A DNA stretch of 64,000 bases. Source: Phoronis australis. Taxonomy: Eukaryota; Animalia; Phoronida. Each line of letters starts with the position of its first letter. Within the stretch, counting starts at the first letter, position 1. The stretch covers positions 494,841 through 558,840 of the forward strand of contig NMRA01000104.1 in NCBI GenBank assembly GCA_002633005.1. The letters run 5' to 3'. The notes below the pieces were generated by a model. The model searched no databases. It saw only the letters and a list, made by a program, of their open reading frames with translations, and had not been told where the DNA came from. A program made the translations under genes and the position numbers. Positions 53,564 to 64,000 of this stretch are shown in pieces.

Positions 53564-54291
53564 ATTGTCAGTGACATGCTGTTGTGTACGTTGTGTACCA
53601 GTAAATTGTTGGATGGATAAGTGCAAGGTGTATACTGTACAGGTACAGTGTTCACATGGTATTACCACTGGGTACCAGTACATTGTAGTATGAATGCAGT
53701 GTGGATACAGTTCAGCTATAGTAATGGATGTTCACATGGTATTACCACTGAGTACTAATAAATCACTGCTTCAGTTTATTGTGAATAAGATCATTTGCAC
53801 ATACTTCTGTGCACTCATATCCTCATACATACATACATACATCTATTGTTTATACTCTCGCTAACTTCTTTTCAAAAATTCTATAAGACCATGTTTTTCA
53901 CTTTTATGTTGAACCCAAGTTTCTTGAACACTCAGTCCTTCTCCATTAGCCTGAGGGCTACTGCAGATGGAGAGTTGTAAGTTTAGATGTCTGCCTCAAT
54001 TATAACTGGGCAGCTCATATCAACGCATGAATAATGGAATGAACTAATTGCCAGTTCTTTCAGTTGTCATATTTTCACGCGCTGACAGGACCTGTCAGCT
54101 CAACTATGGTTCACATGAGGCCACCCGGTTTAGCTGTTCAGTCTTCAGTGGCCCATGGTGATAACTGGTGCCAACATTCCCTTCTTGAAATATGCATTGT
54201 TTGATGTTGAAAAATAAGGTAGAAAATGAATCTGAAACTAAATAAGGCGATCCAGATCCTCTCAAGGATACTATTGTTTCAGGAAATGTAG

Positions 54292-54380
54292 AATATATAT
54301 AAGTAAATAAGACAATAAGAATGGATCAACTGAAATTTTCAGTTGATCCATTCTTGTTGTTTTATTTACCTATATATATT
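54292..54380. repeat. 89-bp palindrome (44-bp arms, 3 mismatches, 1-nt spacer)
   Basis: AATATATATAAGTAAATAAGACAATAAGAATGGATCAACTGAAA-T-TTTCAGTTGATCCATTCTTGTTGTTTTATTTACCTATATATATT. Confidence 0.92.
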
Positions 54381-55978
54381 GATGTTGAAAGTTATGTAAT
54401 ATCAGTTTAGATAACTATTTGGTTGTTATGGTAACTAATCTAGGAACTTAATGAACAGATGGTATTGATAAGAGTTACCTCGTCACCTTGGTTATTGATG
54501 AATTGATGAATTGGAAACACTGTCATTGTAGTTTTTAATTTTTACTTGACAATCTTGTGTTGGACATAATATTTGAAAGTTTTATTTCGAGACTATTCCC
54601 TATCTGCAAAGAGTTTCTTTTGTTCAATTCAGTGTTGGTATAAAACTCAGCTGTGACAAACATGTCAGTAACACCTAGGACTAAACAGGCCATTAAATTT
54701 ACTACTTACACTGTTTGGTCTTCAAGCCCCCATAAACTTTTTTAAAAGTTGGCATGGAACTGCATTCCGTCAAAGAACTTTTATTTCGATTTAGACCATT
54801 TGCTGGTATAAAACTGCATGGTGTTTACTTGTTCCTTGCTCTTTAAAAAGTGCTTCCTGGGTTTAGAATAACTGACTTTTCCTTTTAGCTTGAGATGATG
54901 CTTGGTGCATTCATTATCTGCGCTGACAACTTGCCAAAACCGGCTCTTGAAGCCCTGAAATCGCCTCTTAATAGATCAAAGAACGAGTTGGAAGTAATTT
55001 CATAACTGCATGTGGTCTAAATTGAAAATTGTTTTAGCGAAATATGGGTTTATGGGTTGGGAATTACTTCGAAAGTTAAAACCAAGATTAAACATCCCTA
55101 AATATGACATGAGAAGTCCCAGCCATAATAGACGAACTTCCTCTGACTAACATGAAGGTGATTCGTCACAGGCTAAGCATTCTGTAGACATAATAGCAAG
55201 TTAGTTGGATGTGCTTGTACCGACTGCGACACACTACAATTCTTCTATTTCGACTAACTTAAAAATCCATGTTAGCTAAAAAGTGGCATACGTTCATAAA
55301 CAGGACTTGTGTATGGGATTAAAATCAGTGTCAGAAATCAGAATCTTGGCCGATATTGACGTTGTGAGGTGCTGATAAGGCGGGCAGTGGAGGTATGTGC
55401 TACAAGCTTTATGAGCTTACGTTTACGAAGCGGAAAGTATGGATCTATGCCTTCTTAATAAGGTTGCAAATGTCATATTTTTGATTGAAATCAATGTAGT
55501 ATATAATGGGCACTATTCGTTGATATTTAAATCTTATAAGTCTTACGTTTTGTGCGAGATGGTATATTTGTATCATTATTGCTGTACCTTTTGCTTTATT
55601 TATTTGGATTTTTCATGTATGATTCACCCACGGCAACGTTTAACGTTTCGTACCATGCCTCGCTATTCCTCATGGTTTCCCTCCGTTCGACACGTCTCTC
55701 GCTCTGCCTTCCTCCATTTCGTCCCTCTTTCGCTGTCCTGTTGAGATCGTTTTTTCGGACTAGCAATTACTGCCTACTGTAGAACGAACTACCTTCTATG
55801 TTCAAATGATTGAAAAACCTTGATTATCTGTTTCAATGGTTGTTTGTACTAGTAGAACGAATAAATGTGTCAATTACATTAGTTTAGTTACACTTCTTAA
55901 GTTCATTGTCCTATCCTGCAAATTCTAACGTTCCAAGAGGCCACGTCTTCTTTCCATCGTGATTGATAACTCGTTTAT

Positions 55979-58900
55979 CTAGAAAGCTGTGCTTTTCGTC
56001 TGCCCATCGCCTTCTTGTTTGTTCGCGTTCTCTTTGTCTTCGATGCCCTGGTGAGCTTGGTTGATCACTTTCTTCATTTGAGGCTTTCTCTTTAACAAGC
56101 AGGAGAATACATCCACAAAGCCACGTCTGCAAGTAGATATATTGCTCATTCTTTGCCAGATATATGATACCTGCTGTGTTTTCTAACATGCTGTTATTGG
56201 TTGAGATTTTCTTGATACCCTGGAAAAAGACAGCGCGTGACTTTGTCTTCGCACTTCTCGACGGAGATGGAAAGTTTTCTAATAGACTTATTGTTTCTTA
56301 CACCTCTTCAGCAATAAATAGGAATAGACAAAAAAAATCGTGAATTTTCCTGTTCTAGACTTCGTCCCGTTGAAAAGACACCGCCTCATTTGAGACTGCG
56401 TATTGAGGTTAATGGGTTGTATTTGAAGTTGTGCAAATGAATCCGAAATTAAGAGTTTGCCCTCGTACACTCGAAACACCTTGGCAAAAACTAATATGAA
56501 CATTTTTAAGAAAAAAATGTGACTGATGCTCAATGTAGATGTTGACGTAATATAAACCCGTGTTCCATCAAGTAACACAACTCTCGATTGAGATCATATA
56601 CCGTTATAACTTAGTCTCCGCTTGTCCCTTACTCAGGTTATTGAGAGTTGGTTACTATAGGCTTTCAGAACAGACAGGTGGATCGTTATTTTTTGGTTCC
56701 GTATTCAGCGCATAAAATGGCCCACCGTGATCGATAAGCCAACTAAATGACAAGCAATAGCGAACTGGCAATTCTTTCCAAATCCAGGCTAAAGATTATT
56801 AGAGACCAATTTCATCACGGTACGCAGTGGTATAAAACCAAAACTTGCCTTTCTTGATGGAAGGCAGATTCAAAGACTCTTTAATATTAGGCTTGAAGTT
56901 ACTAAGAATGCAAATCGACGCGACAAAAAACATTCAAATGAAAAGATGCTCATGATAACATCACATGACTTTACCATTAACACTGAATTCTTTATCTACC
57001 GATGTACAGGCGATGTCCAGATACCCGGCCACTATTCGCATCGGCTAAGTAGGAGGCGTCTGGAGTTACTGTTAATTTCGGTCAGCGATAATCATTTATG
57101 ATGTGTTTCCAGGCACGAAGAGAGCTAATCGAGCGTTGCGAGCTGAGTCACACAATGTAATAAGCAATTCTGCCTATCATGGTAGAATATTGCTTTTTAG
57201 AAACTGCACCATTTTCAAGAATTGATCATTTTATAAACGTGTAGCACAAAAAGTAACCGAACTTGGTGTTCGAATCATAAAATTCGGTTCACTATAAATG
57301 AGTTAACGCACGTCAAAATAAATTGACTTCAGCTGCTTGACTGATAAGGAAAGTAGTCTGCGCTCAATTATCTTTACCTGATTAGACTATGCGCAACACG
57401 ATTGATATGGAAATGAGCTATCTGGACTCGCTGGATAATGTAAATGACTTTTCATGTCATGACGGATATCCACTTGCTTTGATCAGTGAAACTTAGGCGC
57501 TTGAGCAAAAATAGTCGAAAACCTTCCCGTACATGAGCTGATGATTCTGTTTCTATGACAGGGTTAAATACTGTTCACAAAAATTATGCACTAGGTGTTG
57601 CAGAACGCTGGAATCTTGGATCTTTCTTAGTCTGTCTGGAATTACTTGTTAGGTTTTAACACAAGGTATGTCCCTAATATGATACAATAAAAGCAAAGTT
57701 CGAGACGAAAAATGGGGGGTATACATTACCTAAAGTTGACATTCATTCCGGCGTACAAGAGCGGGTTCAGTGCCGAGTTGGCGTTCGTTAAAAATACCGC
57801 CACAAAGTAATAGTTGTCAAAATCATCTGGCAACTGAAATCAAAACAATATTCGGTTCATGGATACAAAATAGAACAACAATGATGTTTAAGCTTGTTGA
57901 ATTTTCATCGACCGTCGTTTAGGTCTTGCTCTGGTACCAGATAATTTAATAATAAGTGGCTAAATATGGCATACACTCCACAATTATACAACCGAGTAGA
58001 TATAATTTCCGTTTGAAACAATTGAGGACTTGCACATCAGGAAATTGAGAGAACAGTTCTCTGGACAGATTTCAACACGCTTAACGTTTACTTGCTATGT
58101 TTTTTCAAATACTGGCATGTCTGTACAACTTGCAGAAACAGCATTGAGGAACTGACAAGAGAAATCACTGTAAAAGTCAACCACATACACCGCGACAAAT
58201 GTAGTCGAATGATCGACAATTTTGCTCGACGCCTGCATGTGTGATTTCAGAAAATGACGAACACTTGGACCAATTTTTGAACATGAAATAAAACGGTAAT
58301 AAATGTAGACTATTGTTTGTAATTTAGAAGAAGTGTCATCTACTCATTGCAGCTTTGATTTCTAAAATTGATGGTGATCTTCATACAAATAAATATTTTT
58401 AGTCACCCTGTACATTATATGTGTCTTTCAGCGCTGCAGACCCGTATTTACTTACAATTACTTTAACTTTGTCTGTCACAGACTCATTTTGTGTCTATGA
58501 CCGTAAATGACATGCCATTTTTTCAAAAAGACGTTTTTCCGGCAATAAAAAACCGACCTCATTATTTCCCCGGGTGCGAACTCGCTCACCCATGAAACAA
58601 GACAAAAACACGTAATAGCACTTGTTGAATAAAGCACGTGTATACTTTGTCTAACATTGATGAAACTAATAGGGAAAATGGTGACTACAACGTGTCGTAT
58701 TATACGTGTGAAATATTTAACTTGGACATAATACATACTGGATAGAACAAACGCAAGTGAAACGAACAAATTCCTTGAGCAGGTAAAAGTTAATTCTGTC
58801 TCCCCAAATTAACAAAACATTCTAGAAACCGTCTTACTCTGTTTTAGTGCACTTTTAGCAATTATGCAAAATTCCAAAATATGAGGATTTGCGTAGTATT

Positions 58901-60745
58901 TTGGATATGGGTGTGGATGAACTCGCACTGGGGGCGAACACACGCCAGTCTCCCCTTTGTCATCCAAAATCAAGCTCGGGAAGGACAGACTCAAGGATGA
59001 ATCTTCAGATAGGAAGAACGGGCAACTAAAATGTATTGGGCAACAAAAAAGCGATGACTTTTAAGTTTCAATCTATACAAGCCATATGACAACAGGAGAT
59101 AAAGACAATACTATAACTCTTACAACAGCCCAAAAATGTTTACCTCAGAATGCATATCTTTACCGAAGTAGAGGTAAAGGATGCTAATTTGAAATGGCGT
59201 CCAACAGAGAAGGTATACAAACAACATCGTAAGTAACATGGCAAGAACCTGAAATAGAATTCCATTTTTCAATCCAATGTATTTGGGAGGTGTACTTTGG
59301 TGGATTTTTCACACATTATCGTTCTGTTATTTCATATTTTGATTTACTGGCACACTAGTAGTTCATTGTGTGCAAAAAAACTTCCTTTAGCTTTAGGCTA
59401 CATCGGAAAAATCTAGTGAATTCTAGATTTGTCATTTAAAGCAAGCATTGTTACCCTTTTCCTTGAGTTGTATTGAAGGGTTGACCTGGCAAGAGGGCCT
59501 CCATTCGGTTGAATGCGTCGCGATGCCCAGAATTTGTAACCCACTACTACGTAAGCAAATGTCATGAACAAACTAGGGAACCAGTTGAGCGCAATCAGCA
59601 AAACACCCCAGTAGACCTGCCGTGTTACTGCTGCCCCCTTGGCACAATCCTCGTGTCCGCCCATGGCCGGCCAGTCATCTGCACAGAATGTGTCCTTGTA
59701 GTGCCGCCATTCGTACTCTGTATACTTATACACCCATAGCAATGGCAGGGCCATGGTAGCAGCAAACAACCAAATGGTTGCTATGGTAATTTTAAAATTT
59801 CGGCTTCTTTTGGTTGAAGATCTGAACTTATGTGGGAACAAAACGGCGAATAGTCGGTCAGCGGCTATAGCCGTCATTGTGAAGACGCTACCGCAGAGGG
59901 CCAGAACTGCAAAATAGATACAGAGATACCTCAGATTGATTTGAAGTACGCAGCTATCAGAACCAATTTGTAATTAGATAGATTGTCAAGCAAGTATATG
60001 TCCTTATTAATATATCAATATTTAATTTATCGACACGATACCAGTTCTCTTGATAATTAGAAGAGTACTAATCCCGTTTTTCACATATTAACAGATATTA
60101 AGGTCTAAAGATCCCGTGTGTTTCTTAAATTTGACAAATTGTAATTTTCTTCCATGTATTTAGTTTCATCCTTGATTAAAAAATGTGCTTTATTTTTCAC
60201 AATGTGATGTTATTAAGCGTTTTCCTGAGACACTCTGTGTCCTCTTTGTTTCCCTTCTTTACCGAACGAATTACTCAATATTCACTTTGGAAGTTTTATT
60301 ACAGTTCTAATAAAAGACCAACCCAGTGAATCTTACCCATGACAGTGACATTAAATTTACACATGACGGATCCCAGTAGCCATCCATTGGTTACAGCCTC
60401 AATACACGACACCCACATAGGACAGAGAGCCACTAGTAAGTCGAACACGCTCAAATTGACGATGTAGAAGTTTGTAATTGTGCGCATCTTTTTACTCCTA
60501 ACGACGATCAAAATAACCAGAAGATTGCCAATGAGTGCCATCAGTTCTGCCAGTACGTACGCCATCACCTTCAGTCCAATCTCCCATTGAGGTGGGCTTC
60601 TTATTTCACCGGGGAACTCTAACCAACTGAAATTCAGGTACAGCGGTTTGTTGGCGCAATCGAGGCTCGCTTCACGGGCATGAATTCTGCCGAATGTACT
60701 TACGTACATTCTTCCAATTTGTCCGAATTCAGGAGATCTGTACAT
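55979..60745 (-). CDS. GPCR-3: class A neuropeptide-receptor-like GPCR (NPFF/QRFP/tachykinin-receptor superfamily), ~405 aa; exons 60745-60337, 59906-59455, 59248-59144, 57833-57730, 56126-55979
   Basis: WEIGLK..GNLLV, MRTITNFYIVNLSVFD, WLLGSVMCK, IAADRL, CWTPFQ, ANSALNPLLY, helix 8 NFRRGF..C, C-terminal STAF. GT-AG phases 1,0,0,2 total 1218 nt. The start is the first ATG after an in-frame TAA. Confidence 0.93.
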
Positions 60746-61539
60746 GGGATTACTGTAACAGGAGGACACGTATTACTCTTCCAACCGTCCAAGTGAAAAG
60801 CATCCGACTATAAGGTGTGTTCTGTTGACCATTTATGGGCTCTTAAGTACCAATAGCATTCTCGCGTTTGGAGCGGTAAATGCATTAAAACACTTGCAAT
60901 GTCGAGTGCTGTTATTGAACTGCTCGGCGACACCACGGCTTCTGTGCATACGATGAAGTTTTAAAGCAGGTACAACAAGTAATTACCATTTTATGGCTAC
61001 TAACACATACTTCACCGTACTCTCCACTGGCCTATTATAACCCATTTTTATAAATATTGACCATTTATTCACTATTCCGTTATCTTATCAAGACCCACAT
61101 CCTTGTGTTATAAGGCATATGCCAGCGAATAACAACAACTTTAATCGCCTCAATTTTTTTTCTTGTTTACCTATCGGTAAGGCTGAAATTGAGGAAAAAA
61201 ATGTGACATTTACGTGTAATTCATCCAATGGGAACTTTCGTAACATACCTTGCTGTATGTTTTCTGGTTGTAAGAATTAAATACGCCGACATCTGAATGA
61301 CGAGAGTGTTCTAGTTGTCCGTTTAAATTATCTTTGAAAATTAATAAGATCATTTTATAATTAACTTGAATAATTAATATAACACATTAATTGCAAATTA
61401 CTTCTACAACGTCAATTAACTAAAACCTGCGAGTGTCAAACAAATCTCGTGCTTAATATGACAATGTAATTCAATATAAATGTTCATAAATTGCCAAAAC
61501 GACACATTAGCTGGACCGTGGCCGCCAAAACTAGTCGAA

Positions 61540-61834
61540 ATGAAGTCCATGTTATGCTGTATTTGTCTTCAAATTATGATTATGACTTTCAAAGCCAATG
61601 CGTCGACAAGTTCACACGAATCTTATTTTGTAAAACTAAAGGGAAAGCGAATGCAGTTTAACTCAACTGGAATTGTTCACCACAGCCGTTCAGAAATCAA
61701 ATGTTCTCTGAAATGTTCCGGAGACTGTACGCACATCAACTACCACCGCGACTTAGGATACTGCGAAACGGGACAGAGCACCACGACCCTGATCGATGAC
61801 AAGGACTGGACTGTGTTCAAGAAGGAACATCGTG
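61540..61834 (+). CDS. First coding exon of a secreted PAN/apple-domain protein (rest uncertain or outside the window)
   Basis: Hydrophobic leader MKSMLCCICLQIMIMTFKANA, then SRSEIKCSLKC..DCTHINY..GYCE (PAN C-x3-C..C..NY..C pattern). Phase-1 donor G|gtaaga; TATAAA at 61475. Confidence 0.72.
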
Positions 61835-62264
61835 GTAAGACGCGTGTGGTCTTATGTGGCACTTCTAACGTTCTTAGTAGGCCTTTTATGAGTTTATTCT
61901 TTAGTAAGTAAGTCTCCTTAATATTGCACCAAGATTAATATAAGATCACATTGGCTCACATACCTGTCACTGGCCTTCAACACATGCGTCATAAGACATC
62001 TTTCATGTTTGCTTAAGTAATCTGTGGTTACAATAATTGCACTGCGCTTATGCATTTTGCGATTTATAATTATATTGGACATCTTTGTATTTGCAAATGA
62101 ACTTCATAGACTTGTATAAGTTTCATAGTGAGTACAATTTTGTTTTATCTAAGTTTCTTTATTACTCTAATCAGACTCATTAAATTTCCAAATGGACAAT
62201 TCCGACAAACGGATATAAGCCACGTCCACCATACTTACCACGTGTAACGAATATGGTCCCTGCA

Positions 62265-62850
62265 TATGGTGGGCCGTTGAGGGGAAAGTGTCGCCGTAAA
62301 ATTACGCTCGTAATTACGAGCGTAAATTAAATTGCAGGATTGTCACCGTAAAATTACGCTCGTAAATTAATAAATTAAATGGGGAAAAGTTTCGCCGTTA
62401 AATTGCAAAAGTGTTGCGGTAAAATTACGCCCGTAAATTAAGTGGGGGTAAATGTCGCCGTAAATTACGCTCGTAAAATATCTTAAGAAAGTTCCAAATT
62501 TAAACCAATCAGTGATGACCTAACATACACGACTGTTGCTGGGCAGCTCGTTCTTGCACAGTCGCTGACATGACAGCAGCGATTTGATCCGCCGTGATTC
62601 AGCGCTCGTATCGTAGACATGAAACCCGCCAGTAAATAAGTATTTCCATGAGCGCGCGATCTTCGATCGTAAAACCCAACGTCATTGGCTAAGAGTTTAA
62701 ACTAAATTACGAGCGTAATTTTACGTCGTAAAGAATTAAATTACGCTCGTAATTTTACGGCGTAATTAACGGCGTAAATAACGGCGTAATGTACACAATT
62801 ACGCTCGTATTTTTCCGGCGACACTTTCCTCCCAACGGCCCATCATCATA
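62265..62850. mobile_element. IS3EU-like MITE with many subterminal AATTACGCTCGTAA repeats
   Basis: ~40-bp imperfect TIR TATGGTGGGCCGTTG..GGAAAGTGTCGCCG / CGGCGACACTTTCC..CAACGGCCCATCATCATA. Perfect 6-bp TSD CCTGCA (62259-62264, 62851-62856). Confidence 0.82.
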
Positions 62851-63793
62851 CCTGCAGGCACGCTACAACTTCCCGATGACATTTCTTTAAAATTGTTAAT
62901 GGCGTGAAGCCACATAGTAACAAAGGGCTTTGGTGTAAGATTTTACCATTATAAACTGTGATATTTCCCCTATTCAAAGTATTTGAATTCATTCATACTA
63001 ACCGGTTGACATCTACCGAGTTGGTTAACTCAGAGCCAGATCGATTCAAAGAGCTAGGTGCCATAGTTGTTAGTATANGTAAATTAACAAATTAAATGGG
63101 GAAAAGTTTCGCCGTTAAATTGCAAAAGTGTTGCGGTAAAATTACGCCCGTAAATTAAATGGGGTAAATGTCGCCGTAAATTACGCTCGTAAAATATCTT
63201 AAGAAAGTTCCAAATTTAAACCAATCAGTGATGACCTGACATACACGACTGTTGCTGGGCAGCTCGTTCTTGCGCAGTCGCTGACATGACAGCAGCGATT
63301 TGATCCGCCGTGATTCAGCGCTCGTATCGTAGACATGAAACCCGCCAGTAAATAAGTATTTCCATGAGCGCGCGATCTTCGATCGTAAAACCCAACGTCA
63401 TTGGCTAAGAGTTTAAACTAAATTACGAGCGTAATTTTACGTCGTAAAGAATTAAATTACGCTCGTAATTTTACGGCGTAATTAACGGCGTAAATAACGG
63501 CGTAATGTACACAATTACGCTCGTATTTTTCCGGCGACACTTTCCTCCCAACGGCCCATCATCATACCTGCAGGCACGCTACAACTTCCCGATGACATTT
63601 CTTTAAAATTGTTAATGGCGTGAAGCCACATAGTAACAAAGGGCTTTGGTGTAAGATTTTACCATTATAAACTGTGATATTTCCCCTATTCAAAGTATTT
63701 GAATTCATTCATACTAACCGGTTGACATCTACCGAGTTGGTTAACTCAGAGCCAGATCGATTCAAAGAGCTAGGTGCCATAGTTGTTAGTATA
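62362..63793. other. ~715-bp direct duplication (62362-63077 / 63079-63793) around a single n; probable assembly overlap
   Basis: Near-identical copies are joined at n63078. The second copy starts inside the MITE and lacks its left TIR. Confidence 0.85.
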
Positions 63794-64000
63794 GTTACTC
63801 AGAGCTCAGGGACTCGATTAGGAACACTGGTTAACTATTGCCTAACACAACTGATAGCGGGGAATTATTAGTTAAACTTTTTGGTAGCCGCAGGTGGTCT
63901 GGGGGAACTCACGACCGTTGGGTCTTAGGTTGGCTGTAAGGTAAGAAAACATTTGTAAAAAAGACCATTCATTTTAGACTTAATATTCTAACGCATACTG

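Noticed and set aside
55911-56219. ORF 55911..56189 or acceptor 56219 as the GPCR-3 last exon
   Set aside because: The phase-2 acceptor at 56126 gives canonical helix 8 (NFRRGF..C) in another frame; the alternatives do not.
62362-63793. Tandem MITE dimer or LTR pair
   Set aside because: Same single-n junction pattern, with no internal retroelement sequence.
63880-63945. Second exon of the PAN-domain gene
   Set aside because: AG and GT sites exist, but the in-phase reading stops after about 13 codons; it cannot be confirmed at the window edge.

Overview
AT-rich, intron-containing eukaryotic DNA from a draft assembly, most consistent with an invertebrate animal (taxon is inference). Most ORF-track entries are noise; genes were rebuilt by hand from GT-AG junctions with phase checks. 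Genes: the 3' exons of a claudin/PMP22-superfamily gene (+); three related class A peptide-type GPCRs (all -, shared intron positions); a small signal-peptide plus 2xEF-hand gene lying on the same strand inside the 14.3-kb last intron of GPCR-1; ZDHHC6 (-, 8 coding exons) head-to-head with ANAPC16 (+, 80 aa, absent from the ORF track); and the first exon of a secreted PAN/apple-domain protein (+). Mobile DNA: a three-layer nest (IS3EU-like MITE > L2/CR1-group LINE > TTAA Kolobok-like MITE), a Polinton capsid fossil and several MITEs. Most notable: three independent tandem arrays in ZDHHC6 introns built from its own splice-junction sequences, and an in-frame splice route that could give GPCR-1 an EF-hand tail (hypothesis only). 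Two long duplications around single 'n' bases are probably assembly artefacts. No database searches were run; family names come from motif recognition.
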